Source: a virus | Taxonomy: Duplodnaviria > Caudoviricetes | Length of the DNA: 56,371 nt | Virus record (IMG/VR): IMGVR_UViG_3300010362_000018 | Coordinates: 1-56,371 of that record | Strand: one strand, 5' to 3' | In this document: positions 9,042 to 18,307 of the stretch, one piece after another | Layout of the letters: every line of letters starts with the position of its first letter | How positions within the stretch are numbered: position 1 is the stretch's first letter | Translations under genes and position numbers: made by a program | The notes under the pieces: model-generated | What the model was told of the DNA's origin: nothing | Database searches by the model: none | Seen by the model: only the letters and a program-made list of their open reading frames with translations

Positions 9042-9250
9042 CCGGCTACGAGATCCTGGAGGCGGTGCGCGCTGAGCGCGCCGCCTTGCGGGCGCGGGAC
9101 CAGCTGCTCGCCCGCGTCGAACACGCTCTCAGGGGCGTCCCGGAGGTCCGTACCGTCCCCGAGCGTGAAGTCCGGGGGCACGTGGTCAAGGCGCACACCC
9201 GGCGCTCCAGGCGGTCCCAGAACGCTCCGAGCGCGGAGGCCTCGCCGTGA
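9038..9250 (+). CDS. Hypothetical protein
   Basis: ATGA coupling; VRGHxVKAH motif. Confidence 0.6.
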   Translation: MTGYEILEAVRAERAALRARDQLLARVEHALRGVPEVRTVPEREVRGHVVKAHTRRSRRSQNAPSAEASP

Positions 9251-9570
9251 GCCACACCTACCACGCGGCGCTTGCGGGCTACGACGCCCGCAACGTCTTC
9301 CACGACGGCTGTCCTGAGTGCGAGCGCCGGGCGGCTGACTTCGGCGCCGCCATCGCGAACGCTGACGCCAACAACTTCCGGGCGCTGTGGATGACCGCGG
9401 CGCAGCTGTTCTGGTTCGAGCGCGCGGGCTTCCCGCCGATCGACCCGGACCGCCGGGTCAGCGAGTGCGATCACGAGGTGGCCCGGCAGCTGTACACGGT
9501 GATGGTCGTCCTCGAACGTCACTTCGGGCTGCACCCGCGGGGCATGTACGAGCTCGCGGGTAGGCTCTAG
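9247..9570 (+). CDS. Hypothetical protein
   Basis: GTGA coupling, CxxC. Confidence 0.65.
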   Translation: MSHTYHAALAGYDARNVFHDGCPECERRAADFGAAIANADANNFRALWMTAAQLFWFERAGFPPIDPDRRVSECDHEVARQLYTVMVVLERHFGLHPRGMYELAGRL

Positions 9571-9749
9571 GACCTGGGTCTGACCGCGTGCCCGCCCCGC
9601 AAGCTACCACCTCCCGCCGGGCGATAAGGGCTGCCGGAGAGCGGCGCCCTCGGTCCCTAAAGGCTGCGAATCTCCTGATGGAGCGCGGCGTCGGGGCTAC
9701 GGTCCCGGCGCCGTGCATCCGCTTCCACGTTCCTCCAGAGGAGCGCCTG

Positions 9750-9899
9750 ATGCCGCGTGTCCGCAAGCAGTTCGTGGGGCTCAGTGACGGCTCCACCGAC
9801 ATCCGGGGCAAGCGCCCGGGCACCGACATGCCCAAGGCGAAGCAGCGCCAGAAGCGCAAGCCGCGGCGCAAGCCGCCGAAGCCGCCGGGCCGTGCCTGA
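9750..9899 (+). CDS. Small basic protein
   Basis: GAGGAG SD; K/R/P-rich. Confidence 0.5.
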   Translation: MPRVRKQFVGLSDGSTDIRGKRPGTDMPKAKQRQKRKPRRKPPKPPGRA

Positions 9900-10062
9900 G
9901 CGCCGGGCGTACATCTGCCTACGCTGCGACCCGGTACACCGCGTGTTCGTCGCTGCGGGAGAGCCCGTCCCGAAGTGCCCTCAGCACGGCCGGATGACGC
10001 GGCAGACCAACGTGCCGTACGTCCGCCCGCCCGCGCCGCCGCCGCGCCGCCGTAGGCGCTGA
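9892..10062 (+). CDS. Small zinc-ribbon protein
   Basis: CLRC...CPQH; R-rich tail. Confidence 0.55.
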   Translation: MPERRAYICLRCDPVHRVFVAAGEPVPKCPQHGRMTRQTNVPYVRPPAPPPRRRRR

Positions 10063-10069
10063 GAAAGAA

Positions 10070-10129
10070 TTCGCTAGGGGGGGTTGACGAATCGTCCGGG
10101 GCGGTTATACTTCCTGTTGTAACCCGAAC
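10070..10129 (+). promoter_or_regulatory. Strong promoter, same class as 4033
   Basis: TTCGCTAG7, TTGACG 10084-10089, TATACT 10106-10111, CCCGAAC 10123-10129. Confidence 0.85.
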
Positions 10130-10154
10130 CGCCCCACCAAGCCAGGAGATTCAA

Positions 10155-11276
10155 ATGCCCACCACGTCAGAGCCCACCGCCCGTCAGCTTCAGTTCTTCA
10201 ACTCGCTGCTCGCCGAGCGGAACATGCCGACCATCGAGCACTTCGCGCCGAACACGACCCGCCGCGAGGCCAGCCAGGCCATCGACCAGCTGATGGCGAT
10301 GCCGCGCCCGGCGCGTACCGCCGCCGCCGTTGACCGCAACGGCGAGGGCACCCAGGTGGAAACGCCCAGCGCCGATAGCCGCGCGGGCCGGATGCTCCTT
10401 GCGGGCGGCATCGAGGCCACCGTCACCTTCACCGACGGGCGCCACGCGACCGTGAGCGTCAGGACCCGCGGGCGCCGCGGCAACGGCTGGGCGAACATGA
10501 GCCCCGGCGAGGAGGGCGCCCGGACCAACATCAAGATCCTCGGCGCCAACGTCGGCTGGATCAACGTCATCGACGGGCGCTGGGTGCTGACCCTCCGGAC
10601 CCGTCGCGAGGAGTACCGCCGCGCGATCCTCGCGGTGTTCGAGTACGCCGCGACCGGCGTGACCGCTGACGGCTCACGAGTGCAGGAGGCCTCCCGTTGC
10701 GGGCGCTGCTTCCGCGAGCTCACCGACCCGGTCAGCATCGACCGCGGCATCGGCCCGGAGTGCTTCGGCCGTGACACCGGCAGCCAGCACATCGCGGCTG
10801 ACCGCGACCGCAACGGCACCGCCGTGACCCGCGAGCCGCGCACCGTGACCGGCGTGCTCCGCGAGGCGGGCACCAACGAGGCCGAGGTGGCCGCCGAGGC
10901 CGCCCGCCGCCGCGCGCTGAGCAACGGCGCCCACCCCGACCAGGCTGACGGCGACGCGTTCGGCGCGTACGAGGCGGTCCAGGAGCGTCAGGCGTACGAG
11001 CGGGAGATGCGTGAGGACGCGCTGTACCGCGAGGAGGCGGAGAACCTCCGTGAGAGCGCCCTCCAGGCGGCGGTCAAGTCGCTGACCGCCCCGGCGCCCG
11101 CCCCGGCGCCCGCCCCGGCGCCCGCCGCGGCCCCGGCGCCGCGCCCGGTCAGGCGCCCCACGGACGCTCAGATCAAGCGCGCCCGGGAGATCATCGAGGA
11201 GGCGCTGGACCTGGCTGACATCCCCTTCCGTGACACCGTCCTGGCCCTGAGCGTGTTCGACGCGCTCAAGCGCTAG
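10155..11276 (+). CDS. DUF6011-domain protein with (PA)n linker
   Basis: CGRCFRELTDPVSIDRGIGPEC; GCCCCGGCGCCC tandem repeat near 11088-11140. Confidence 0.75.
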   Translation: MPTTSEPTARQLQFFNSLLAERNMPTIEHFAPNTTRREASQAIDQLMAMPRPARTAAAVDRNGEGTQVETPSADSRAGRMLLAGGIEATVTFTDGRHATVSVRTRGRRGNGWANMSPGEEGARTNIKILGANVGWINVIDGRWVLTLRTRREEYRRAILAVFEYAATGVTADGSRVQEASRCGRCFRELTDPVSIDRGIGPECFGRDTGSQHIAADRDRNGTAVTREPRTVTGVLREAGTNEAEVAAEAARRRALSNGAHPDQADGDAFGAYEAVQERQAYEREMREDALYREEAENLRESALQAAVKSLTAPAPAPAPAPAPAAAPAPRPVRRPTDAQIKRAREIIEEALDLADIPFRDTVLALSVFDALKR

Positions 11277-11283
11277 GAGGACA

Positions 11284-11314
11284 GGGGGCGGCGTTCTGCC
11301 GGGACGCCGCCCCC
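11284..11314 (+). terminator. GC-rich hairpin terminator
   Basis: GGGGGCGGCGTTC/GGGACGCCGCCCCC just after the stop. Confidence 0.6.
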
Positions 11315-11320
11315 GAGGCT

Positions 11321-11350
11321 TATACTCACCCAACCCCGAACGTCAGGAGG
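11321..11350 (+). promoter_or_regulatory. -10 TATACT + CCCGAAC leader + SD
   Basis: TATACT 11321-11326, CCCGAACGT 11335-11343, AGGAGG. Confidence 0.65.
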
Positions 11351-11355
11351 AACCC

Positions 11356-11577
11356 ATGCTCTACCCATCCGACCGTCACCCCGACTGGATCAACCCGGAC
11401 GCTGACCTGATCGGCGTCGACGGCAACGCCTTCGCCGTCATCGGCTTCGTCCAGCGCAAGCTGCGCGAGGCGGGCAACTCGAACGAGGTGATCGACGCCT
11501 ACCGCAACGCGGCCATGAGCGGCGACTACGACCACCTGCTCCTCGTGAGCATGGACTACGCGGGGATGAACGGATGA
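11356..11577 (+). CDS. Conserved small phage protein
   Basis: GxDGNAFA...SGDYDHLL motif common in phage hypotheticals. Confidence 0.75.
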   Translation: MLYPSDRHPDWINPDADLIGVDGNAFAVIGFVQRKLREAGNSNEVIDAYRNAAMSGDYDHLLLVSMDYAGMNG

Positions 11578-11852
11578 CCGCCCGCCCGGTGGTTCAAGCC
11601 ACTCACCTCGTTGCGGTGATGATCCGCCGCCGCGAACCGGAGTTCTGGTACGGGCGCCGCGACGCCGTGGGCCACAAGGTCCACGTCCACTACGACGATG
11701 GCGCGTACGCCGCGACCGTCAACTACGAGACGCGCGCCTGGTGCGACTACGAGTTCCTTGACCGCGTCCAGGACGCTCTGGACGCCAACGGGCTCCCGTT
11801 CGCCGCTGAGTACCTGGGCGACCACGAACTAGCGCTGCTGGAGGCGCTCTGA
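11574..11852 (+). CDS. Hypothetical protein
   Basis: ATGA coupling. Confidence 0.65.
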   Translation: MTARPVVQATHLVAVMIRRREPEFWYGRRDAVGHKVHVHYDDGAYAATVNYETRAWCDYEFLDRVQDALDANGLPFAAEYLGDHELALLEAL

Positions 11853-12235
11853 TGATCACGAGACAAGTCAACGGCGAGACGTGGTACATCGTCGCCGTCC
11901 ACTACCCCACCGCCGCCGCCGCGCGTCAGGCGTGGGAACGAGCCGAGCGGGCGCCGTGGCGCCCGAGCGCCGCCATCGGGCTGATCCGGATGAGCGCTCA
12001 GACCCACGAGTTCGACCCCGCGTGCCCCGCGGGCCGTCACCCGGTCGTGGGCGTCACGGTCAAGCGCGCCTCCGCGGAGGACATGGAGGACGAGCTCGCT
12101 GACGGCACGCCGTGGGCGCCGGGCCTCTGGTTCCAAGACCAGCTGATCGAGCGTCGCCGCAAGGTGGTCACCGCGTTCGGCTCCTCGCTCCAGGGCACCG
12201 GGGGCCGCTACCGCGTGAGGAGGCCGGAGCGATGA
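11852..12235 (+). CDS. Hypothetical protein
   Basis: TGATG coupling. Confidence 0.65.
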   Translation: MITRQVNGETWYIVAVHYPTAAAARQAWERAERAPWRPSAAIGLIRMSAQTHEFDPACPAGRHPVVGVTVKRASAEDMEDELADGTPWAPGLWFQDQLIERRRKVVTAFGSSLQGTGGRYRVRRPER

Positions 12236-12942
12236 ACCACGAGGCGCGGCAGGTACTCAGCGTGCTCGACAACGGGCCGACCACGACCAGGAAGCTATCG
12301 CTGATCCTGGGCGTATCGCAGTCACGGCTCCGCGCGTTGCTCCGCAAGCTGGCGGCTCAGGGGCTCGTCACCCGGCACGGGAACACCAAGGGCGCGATGT
12401 GGGCGCGGCGCGGGCAGACCGACGCGCAGCAGACCCGCGTCGCGCGTCTCCTCGTCCGGGAGTTAGCCGAGCGGCTCCAGCGGTTCACGTACGAGGATCT
12501 CCAGTCGAAGCTGCCGGGCGTACCTGAGCGTCAGCTGCGCGCGGCGCTCAGGTACTACGAACGCGGCGGCAGGCTGGAGGTGGACAAGCGGCGCCGGAAC
12601 GAATCCCGCCGCTACCGGTTCGTGCCTACCGCGCCCGTGCGTCCCAGGGAGCGCAGGCAGCCCCCTGAGGCGGCGTTCGTTGACCGCTCGGGCGGGGGCC
12701 GACCCGTGGAGGGCACCGGCCGTCAGAGCCGCCCCGGGAGCCACGAGGTGCAGCAGTTGTTCGAGGAGATCACTGCGGCGGGCGGCGAGCTACAACGCCG
12801 AGCGCGTCACTGGTGCGTGATGTACGGCGGGCAGATCATCGCGACCATCCCGGGCACGCCGAGCGATCACCGCGCGCTACTGAACGCGCGGGCCAACCTG
12901 CGCCGCGCCGGGCTACCCATCGGCGAGGAGGTGCAGCCGTGA
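12232..12942 (+). CDS. Tandem winged-HTH protein with C-terminal HicA-like domain
   Basis: TTRKLSLILGVSQSRLRALLRKLAAQGLV wHTH; second wHTH-like segment; H...TIPGTPSDHRALLNARANLRRAG. Confidence 0.55.
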   Translation: MNHEARQVLSVLDNGPTTTRKLSLILGVSQSRLRALLRKLAAQGLVTRHGNTKGAMWARRGQTDAQQTRVARLLVRELAERLQRFTYEDLQSKLPGVPERQLRAALRYYERGGRLEVDKRRRNESRRYRFVPTAPVRPRERRQPPEAAFVDRSGGGRPVEGTGRQSRPGSHEVQQLFEEITAAGGELQRRARHWCVMYGGQIIATIPGTPSDHRALLNARANLRRAGLPIGEEVQP

Positions 12943-12964
12943 GCAGCGCCGCCGGGCCAAGCCT

Positions 12965-13002
12965 TATACTTCCCATGACAACCCGAACCGACCCAAGGAG
13001 GT
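12965..13002 (+). promoter_or_regulatory. -10 TATACT + CAACCCGAAC leader + SD
   Basis: TATACT 12965-12970, CCCGAAC 12982-12988, AAGGAGGT. Confidence 0.7.
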
Positions 13003-13006
13003 CACC

Positions 13007-14110
13007 GTGAAGCAGGGACTCTCCCTGCAGGACTTCGCCGCTGAACTGGAGCGGCAGAACTCCGCCAAGCAGGACTACGTCGCGGACACGCGGCGGATGC
13101 ACTTCAACACCGAGGTGCTGGAGACCGGCCGCGGCGGTCACAGCGAGATCGACCTGATCGGTGACGGCTCCACGCCGGACACCTCCGGGCTGATCGTCAC
13201 TGAGCACTGCCACCGGCAGCTGGCCGACCACCTCAACATCCCCTGGAAGTTCTACGAGCGCATCCAGGGCGGGCTGCCGAACCTGCTCGACATCAACGTC
13301 AACCGGCTGCTCCACCACGACCCGTCCCGCCGGATGGTCCGCACGCTGGACGGCAAGGCGCGGGCGTTCCTCAGCGACCGCTACCGGCGGCTCGACAACC
13401 ACGAGCTCGCCCGCGCGGTCCTCCCGATCCTGCAGGACCTGGGCGAGGGCGTCCGGGTGGAGTCGTGCGCGCTCACCGACGAGCGGATGTACATCAAGGC
13501 GCTGACCCCGCGCGTTACGGGCCAGGTCAAGGTCGGCGAGGAGGTCTGCGCCGGGGTGTTCATCAGCAACAGCGAGATCGGCTGGGGCTCGCTGAGGGTC
13601 GAGCCGTTCGTCTACACGCTCGCCTGCACCAACGGCATGGTCCTGCCGCGCTCCCTCGGGGAGTCCTTGCGGCGCATCCACGTCGGGCGCCGCGTCCAGA
13701 ACGAGGAGGCCTCGTACGCGGTGTTCCGTGACGAGACGCTCCAGGCGGATGACCGCGCGTTCTTCATGGCGGTGGCTGACGTGGTGCGTGCCGCCGTGGA
13801 CGAGGTGCGCTTCCGTGAGGTGGTCGAGGCGCTCCGCGCCGCGGCCGAGGGCAAGCCGCTGGAGAGCGTGACGCTGGGCGTCCAGCGCCTCGCCAAGGCG
13901 GAGGGGCTCAGCGACGGCGAGGCCGACAGCGTCCTCACCCACCTGGCGGGTGGCGGCGACCTGACTCGCTGGGGCCTGCTCAGCGCGGTCACGCGCGCCT
14001 CGCAGGACGTAGACTCGTACGACCGCGCCACCGAGTTGGAGGAGCTCGGCGGCAAGCTGCTCGTCTACTCTGACGCGGAGTGGGCCGCGCTGGCGGCGGC
14101 GACGGCGTAG
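13007..14110 (+). CDS. DUF932/DUF945-family phage/plasmid protein
   Basis: RAFLSDRYRRLDN, ISNSEIGxGS, LACTNGM, TRWGLLSAVT. Confidence 0.75.
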   Translation: MKQGLSLQDFAAELERQNSAKQDYVADTRRMHFNTEVLETGRGGHSEIDLIGDGSTPDTSGLIVTEHCHRQLADHLNIPWKFYERIQGGLPNLLDINVNRLLHHDPSRRMVRTLDGKARAFLSDRYRRLDNHELARAVLPILQDLGEGVRVESCALTDERMYIKALTPRVTGQVKVGEEVCAGVFISNSEIGWGSLRVEPFVYTLACTNGMVLPRSLGESLRRIHVGRRVQNEEASYAVFRDETLQADDRAFFMAVADVVRAAVDEVRFREVVEALRAAAEGKPLESVTLGVQRLAKAEGLSDGEADSVLTHLAGGGDLTRWGLLSAVTRASQDVDSYDRATELEELGGKLLVYSDAEWAALAAATA

Positions 14111-14159
14111 GATCGCGGGCGCCGGGCGGGCTGTCATGGCTCGCCCGGCGCGCACCGTC

Positions 14160-14648
14160 ATGTACCGGCCACGGCTCTCAGTGATCATCGCGTCGAGCGG
14201 GCGCCCGACCCTCCAGCGGACGCTTGACTCCGTGAACCCGCAACTGCGTGAGGGCGACGAGTGCCTCGTCAGCATGAACCTCGACTGCCCGTGGGGTCAC
14301 GCCGCCCGCAACCAGCTGATGCGCGCCGCCCGCGGTGACGCGCTCATGTTCATCGACGATGACGACTGGTACACGCCCGGCGCGCTGGAGCTCGTCCGCG
14401 CCCGGATCAGACTCCACGCCTGGAAGGTCCATCTCTTCCGGATGCGCTACCGCGATGGGCGCCTCCTGTGGGCTGACCCTGAAGTCAGGGACGGCAACGT
14501 CAGCACCCAGATGGTCGTCACGCCGCCTCCGCTGAGGGCTCAGTGGGGCGATCGCTACCAAGGGGACCTGGACTTCATCCGCGGGCTCCAGGCGGAGTTT
14601 GGGGAGCCCTGCTGGCACACGCCGGTCATTGCGGAGATCGGCAAGTGA
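14160..14648 (+). CDS. Glycosyltransferase family 2 (GT-A)
   Basis: SVII...RPTLQRTLDSV, ARN, ARGDALMFIDDDD; alternative start 14136 lies inside a hairpin. Confidence 0.8.
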   Translation: MYRPRLSVIIASSGRPTLQRTLDSVNPQLREGDECLVSMNLDCPWGHAARNQLMRAARGDALMFIDDDDWYTPGALELVRARIRLHAWKVHLFRMRYRDGRLLWADPEVRDGNVSTQMVVTPPPLRAQWGDRYQGDLDFIRGLQAEFGEPCWHTPVIAEIGK

Positions 14649-15700
14649 ACGTCCTCGCGCTCAGGGCCGACTCGTACGGCTGTGGGCACTACCGGATCAG
14701 CCTGCCCGCCCGGCACGCGGGCGTCCCGGTCCAGGTGGAGGATCGCATCCCGCTGAACATGCGCCGGGTGGGCGCTACGAACCAGCGGATCCTGATCAGC
14801 GTTCCGGTCGGCGCTGACGTGGTGGTCATCCAGCGCCCGGTGAGTCACCACATGCCAGCGATCATCTCGATGCTCCAGCAGCAAGGCGTCGCGGTCGTCG
14901 TGGAGCTCGATGACGACCTCTGCGCGCTGGACCCGCGTCACGGCGCCTACGCCGCGCTCCATCCAGCGAACACGCCTCACGCCAACTGGCAGCACCTCAG
15001 AACCTGTTGTGGAGCCGCCGACCTGGTCACCGTGACCACTGAGCCGCTGGCCCGCAAGTACGCGGCTCACGGGCGCGTTGCCGTCCTCCCGAACTGCGTC
15101 CCTCAGGCGTTGCTCAAGCTGAAGAGCCCGCTGGACGCCGACTTCGGCTGGACGGGCTCACTCGCCAGTCACCCGCGCGACCTGGGCGTGCTGGGCACCG
15201 CCGTTCGGGATCTGGTCAACGATGACGGGTTCAGCTTCCGCGTGGTCGGTGACGGCAAAGGCGTCGCGAAGCAGCTGGGCCTGGGCGGCGTCGATGACAC
15301 CGGCTGGCTGGATCTGGACCTGTACTACCGGGCGGCGGCTCAACTGCGCGTCGGGCTCGTGCCGCTTCAGGACACCGCGTTCAACGAGGCCAAGTCGGCG
15401 CTGAAGGGCATCGAGTACGCCGCGCTCGGGATCCCCTTTGTCGCGAGCGACACTCCGGAGTACGTGGACCTGCAGAGCCGCGGCGCCGGGTTCCTTGCGG
15501 ACCGGCCGCGCCGCTGGCGTTCGATGGTGCGCTGGCTACTCCAGAACGTCTCTCACCGCGAAGAACTCGTCCAGGCGGGCCGCGACACGGTGGCTGCGTA
15601 CTTCACCATCGAGGATCAGGGCTGGCGCTGGGCGGAGGCCTGGGAGCGGGCGATCGCCTACCGCAAAGAGCTCGGTAGCATGCCGCGCGTCGTAGCCTGA
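14645..15700 (+). CDS. Glycosyltransferase, GT-B (GT4-like)
   Basis: GCGHYRI, ELDDDL, FGWTGS, FNEAKSALKGIEYAALGIPFVAS. Confidence 0.8.
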   Translation: MNVLALRADSYGCGHYRISLPARHAGVPVQVEDRIPLNMRRVGATNQRILISVPVGADVVVIQRPVSHHMPAIISMLQQQGVAVVVELDDDLCALDPRHGAYAALHPANTPHANWQHLRTCCGAADLVTVTTEPLARKYAAHGRVAVLPNCVPQALLKLKSPLDADFGWTGSLASHPRDLGVLGTAVRDLVNDDGFSFRVVGDGKGVAKQLGLGGVDDTGWLDLDLYYRAAAQLRVGLVPLQDTAFNEAKSALKGIEYAALGIPFVASDTPEYVDLQSRGAGFLADRPRRWRSMVRWLLQNVSHREELVQAGRDTVAAYFTIEDQGWRWAEAWERAIAYRKELGSMPRVVA

Positions 15701-15728
15701 CCGCCGGGCGCGCCGGTACGATCGGCGC

Positions 15729-16070
15729 GTGCGTGACGAGGTGAGGCTGCTGGGACGGACGAGCGGGTACACCTCCGACCCTTCGCGGGCGCTCCCGGGA
15801 GAACCCGAGGCCGTGGACAGGTCCACACAGCAGCGGTTCACGCTGGAAGCCGCTCGCAACTGGCCGCGGCTCAGTTCGCTCCAGACCCAGGAGCGTCGTG
15901 AGGCGCCAACGCACGTCAGGCTCCAGCGCGCCGAGGCGCAAGCCCGGGTCAGCGGGATCGACGTGCACAGGGAGCTCCGCCTCACCCGGCTCGCCATCGA
16001 GGCGGGGCGCCCTGCGGCGCACGTAGAGCGGCGACTCCAGGTTCTGGAAGCCCGGGTCTACCCACGCTGA
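15729..16070 (+). CDS. Hypothetical protein
   Basis: ORF fills the gap. Confidence 0.55.
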   Translation: MRDEVRLLGRTSGYTSDPSRALPGEPEAVDRSTQQRFTLEAARNWPRLSSLQTQERREAPTHVRLQRAEAQARVSGIDVHRELRLTRLAIEAGRPAAHVERRLQVLEARVYPR

Positions 16071-16180
16071 AGGGCGGCTGGCTGCTGGTGCTGGTCCTGG
16101 CGCTGATCGTGCTCGCGGTCTACCTGGGCATCATCATCGAGATCGTGGTGACCGGCGGACTCAGCGCTAGCTAGTGGCGT

Positions 16181-16241
16181 TATACTCGGCTCGTTCAGTG
16201 GCGAGCGCCCTAGACCCGAATGGGGCGCGCTGTACCGGCCG
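16181..16241 (+). promoter_or_regulatory. -10 TATACT and structured leader for the HNH/lysis block
   Basis: TATACT 16181-16186; hairpin GCGCCC/GGGCGC with ACCCGAA in the loop. Confidence 0.5.
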
Positions 16242-16255
16242 CGAGGTAGGAGTCC

Positions 16256-16669
16256 GTGTCCCCGGGCGAGATCCTCAGAGCGTGCGCAACCTGCTCGGCA
16301 CCGTTCCGCCCGCAAGGCGCTGAGCGGCACTGCCCGGCGCACCGCGTCACCGAGAGGTTACCCACCACGCGGTCACGGCCGACGAGCAGCACCCAGCGTG
16401 AACGGATTAGGCAGGCGGTCCTACTGCGTGACCCGCTCTGCACGCTGAGCCTGCCGGGCTGTACGCGCGTGAGCACCGTCGCTGATCACGTCATCGCCGC
16501 GGCTGACGGTGGCGCCTACGAGGAGTCCAACCTTCGAGGCGCTTGCTGGCACTGCAACTCGGTACGCGGCGGACAGTCTGCCCACCGAACAGGTGGAGCG
16601 GAGCGCGCGGCCGTCCACCGCCATGGTGTGGACGGCGCGACGCTCATCCGCTCACGACGACTTCACTGA
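16256..16669 (+). CDS. HNH endonuclease (packaging-associated type)
   Basis: RQAVLLRDPLC...C...VADHV...GG...NLRGACWHCNS. Confidence 0.8.
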   Translation: MSPGEILRACATCSAPFRPQGAERHCPAHRVTERLPTTRSRPTSSTQRERIRQAVLLRDPLCTLSLPGCTRVSTVADHVIAAADGGAYEESNLRGACWHCNSVRGGQSAHRTGGAERAAVHRHGVDGATLIRSRRLH

Positions 16670-16678
16670 AGGAGGCTC

Positions 16679-16810
16679 ATGCCCCGACCCGGACGCAGGA
16701 CCACCCCGAAGCGGAAGCCCGGCAACAAGCCGCCCGTCGGCAAGCCCGGCAACAGCAAGGGCGGCGGCGACGGCAAGACCGTCAAGCCCAAGAAGCAGCG
16801 GGGAACGTGA
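16679..16810 (+). CDS. Small basic protein (43 aa)
   Basis: AAGGAGG SD; K/P/G-rich. Confidence 0.55.
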   Translation: MPRPGRRTTPKRKPGNKPPVGKPGNSKGGGDGKTVKPKKQRGT

Positions 16811-17857
16811 GTGTCGTACGGTGACCTGACATCCGCTGAACAGGCGCACTGGAACGAGTACACCAACCTGCGCCAGTTGAGCGACTGGCCCGGGTTCAGC
16901 GACGGGCAGCGTCAGCGCAGGACCGACAGCCGGGCGTGGCTGGTCGAGCGCCGCAAGTCCATCTGGCGCAGCGCTCAGCCCAAGAGCAAGGGCGGTGACG
17001 GCAAGGGCTGGAACGTCGCGAACCGCCGGACCCGCTGGGAGTTCCTGAAGGACGCGAACCTCAACACGGGCGCCCCGAAACACGAGGTCCGCCTCCCGGC
17101 GCCCGGCGCCATGACTCAGACCGAGCGCGTCTACGTCGAGGAGCGCGAGGTGTACCTGGTGTTCACCTCCACCAGCGACGCTCAGAAAGCGCGCAAGGTC
17201 GCCAACGTGGACTGGCTGGTGAACCGGCGGAAGCAGCTGTACCGGCTGCTGCGTGACGAGCCCAACAAGATGGCCCGTGAACGCAAGGCCCGGTACGACG
17301 CGCTCTGCATCGCGACGGGTCACGGCAAGGTGTTCACCGAGTGGAAGAAGACCCATAACAAGTGGGGCGTCCCGATCAAGACCGAGCCGACCACCGGCCG
17401 GGCCGTTGCGGTCAGCAACGCGCGCAAGCACCTCGGTGTGAAGGAGAACCCGGCCAACTCCAACCGCGGCGAGCCGCAACCGTCAGGCTGGCAGCGCCGG
17501 GTGTTCGGTAGCACCGGGGTGCCGTGGTGCGCTTGCTTCACCAGCTGCATGGCCTGGGACGCGGGAGTCGAGGGCTCAGCGACAGCAGCCGTCAGCGTGG
17601 CCTGCTCGATGGCCCGCGCGGGCAAGGGCATCTACCGCGGCGCTACCCGTGACCCGAGCCGCGTGAGGCGCGGCGATCACGCGGTCATCGGCTGTGAGTC
17701 ATGCCACATCGAGATGGTGATCAGCGACACCGATCCGTACCACACCATCGGGGGCAACACCTCACCCGGCGCGGGCGGCTCGCAGTACAACGGCGGCGGC
17801 GTGTTCGAGCGGCACCGCCGCGGTCAGGTTGTCCTCTGGCTACTGGTGAGGTTCTGA
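16811..17857 (+). CDS. Endolysin, C-terminal CHAP domain
   Basis: LGVKE...N.G, PWCACF, HIEMV, TIGGNTS. Confidence 0.8.
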   Translation: MSYGDLTSAEQAHWNEYTNLRQLSDWPGFSDGQRQRRTDSRAWLVERRKSIWRSAQPKSKGGDGKGWNVANRRTRWEFLKDANLNTGAPKHEVRLPAPGAMTQTERVYVEEREVYLVFTSTSDAQKARKVANVDWLVNRRKQLYRLLRDEPNKMARERKARYDALCIATGHGKVFTEWKKTHNKWGVPIKTEPTTGRAVAVSNARKHLGVKENPANSNRGEPQPSGWQRRVFGSTGVPWCACFTSCMAWDAGVEGSATAAVSVACSMARAGKGIYRGATRDPSRVRRGDHAVIGCESCHIEMVISDTDPYHTIGGNTSPGAGGSQYNGGGVFERHRRGQVVLWLLVRF

Positions 17858-18096
17858 TGCCCGACGAGCCCGGCTCTGACGAACTGCTCGGGAAGGACGC
17901 TGTCCTCGCTGAGGCCAAGGCCGTGGAGGGTGAGGAGAAGGAGCTCGCTGACGAGGACGCGCTCACCGCTCAGACTGAGACGCCGCCCGGTGATGACCCG
18001 CCCGAGGAAGGCGACGAGCTCGACCCCGACGCGCCGCCCGACGGTGAACCCCACCCCGAGTACGATCCACTGCCCGGGCCTGGACCTGGGGACTGA
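17857..18096 (+). CDS. Acidic Pro-rich small protein
   Basis: TGATG coupling. Confidence 0.55.
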   Translation: MPDEPGSDELLGKDAVLAEAKAVEGEEKELADEDALTAQTETPPGDDPPEEGDELDPDAPPDGEPHPEYDPLPGPGPGD

Positions 18097-18142
18097 GGGT
18101 ACGATCCCCAGTGACCACACCACTCCACCCGGGAGGGACGCT

Positions 18143-18307
18143 GTGAGCGACGAGGTGCAGGAACCGCAGGGCGTGCCGGAGGGAGCGCCGGACTCACCGG
18201 CTCCCGAGCAGGCCGAACCGCCGCTGGAGCCCAACCCCGAGGCCGACCCCGAGGCCGACCCCTCAGCCGTCGAGCCTGACCCCGAGGAAGCGGACGCCGA
18301 AGCCTGA
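18143..18307 (+). CDS. Acidic Pro-rich small protein
   Basis: GGAGG SD; PEAD repeats. Confidence 0.5.
   Translation: MSDEVQEPQGVPEGAPDSPAPEQAEPPLEPNPEADPEADPSAVEPDPEEADAEA

Noticed and set aside
11088-11140. 12-bp tandem repeat as a regulatory array
   Set aside because: In-frame Pro-Ala linker; the GXY-coding repeats at 19.3, 36.6 and 37.4 kb are likewise collagen-like coding sequence
16067-16174. Hydrophobic mini-ORF (LKGGWLLVLVLALIV...)
   Set aside because: Looks like a TM peptide but lacks a confident start codon and SD
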